A stretch of DNA of 64,000 nucleotides from NCBI GenBank assembly GCA_017536475.1, contig JAFXHH010000010.1:73517-137516 (forward strand), given 5' to 3'. The translations under genes and the position numbers were made by a program. A model generated the notes under the pieces. That model ran no database searches, was not told the origin of the DNA, and was given only the letters and a program-made list of their open reading frames with translations. Positions 63,945 to 64,000 of this stretch are shown here, in pieces. Within the stretch, counting starts at the first letter, position 1. Each line of letters begins with the position of its first letter. This DNA comes from Clostridia bacterium. GTDB taxonomy: Bacteria > Bacillota > Clostridia > Oscillospirales > CAG-272.

Positions 63945-64000
63945 TTTAATCTCCATTTCGCCGCGTGCGGCGGAACAAATGTAATCGATGAATTTTGCCG

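Overview
This 64-kb segment looks like the chromosome of a spore-forming Firmicute of Clostridia type. Supporting signs are spoIIR, GGAGG-type ribosome-binding sites, near-consensus sigma-A promoters, and many abutting or ATGA-overlapping genes. Most of the window is housekeeping. On the plus strand there is a pyrimidine operon (carB'-pyrK-pyrD-[GH2-like]-pyrF-pyrE-pyrB), dGTPase-dnaG-rpoD, comEB-rimI-tsaD, and rex followed by DnaD-domain and DnaI-like helicase-loader genes. uppP, spoIIR, a U32 peptidase and an ACT/UPF0210 pair are also on the plus strand. On the minus strand are hprK plus a PPTase, potABCD, a class-V aminotransferase with a DUF3343-like gene, and a shikimate/aromatic operon (aroA-aroC-pheA-aroE/K-aroQ). 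Scattered between these are carbohydrate-related or surface genes: a GH2-like protein, a SASA-type esterase, a DUF4886-like protein, an orphan 685-aa solute-binding lipoprotein, a 700-aa unknown protein and a 1432-aa lipoprotein. Also present are a bile-salt-hydrolase-family gene, two ion antiporters, an XRE-HTH/TPR regulator, and two monocistronic tRNA genes (Gln-UUG and Glu-CUC). I did not recognise any transposase, integrase, prophage, CRISPR array or known defence system, and I cannot point to a convincing novel multi-gene system. The most unusual signals are non-coding or architectural. Both tRNA genes are followed by tandem or palindromic repeats that contain partial copies of their own 3' ends. 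A DnaA-box cluster sits between tsaD and the rex-dnaD-dnaI genes. PyrB carries a fused PyrI zinc domain. A GH2-like gene is embedded in the pyr operon next to a repeat-rich 300-nt intercistronic region. The giant lipoprotein has duplicated C-terminal modules. All calls rest on reading the translations and sequence by eye; no searches or computations were run.
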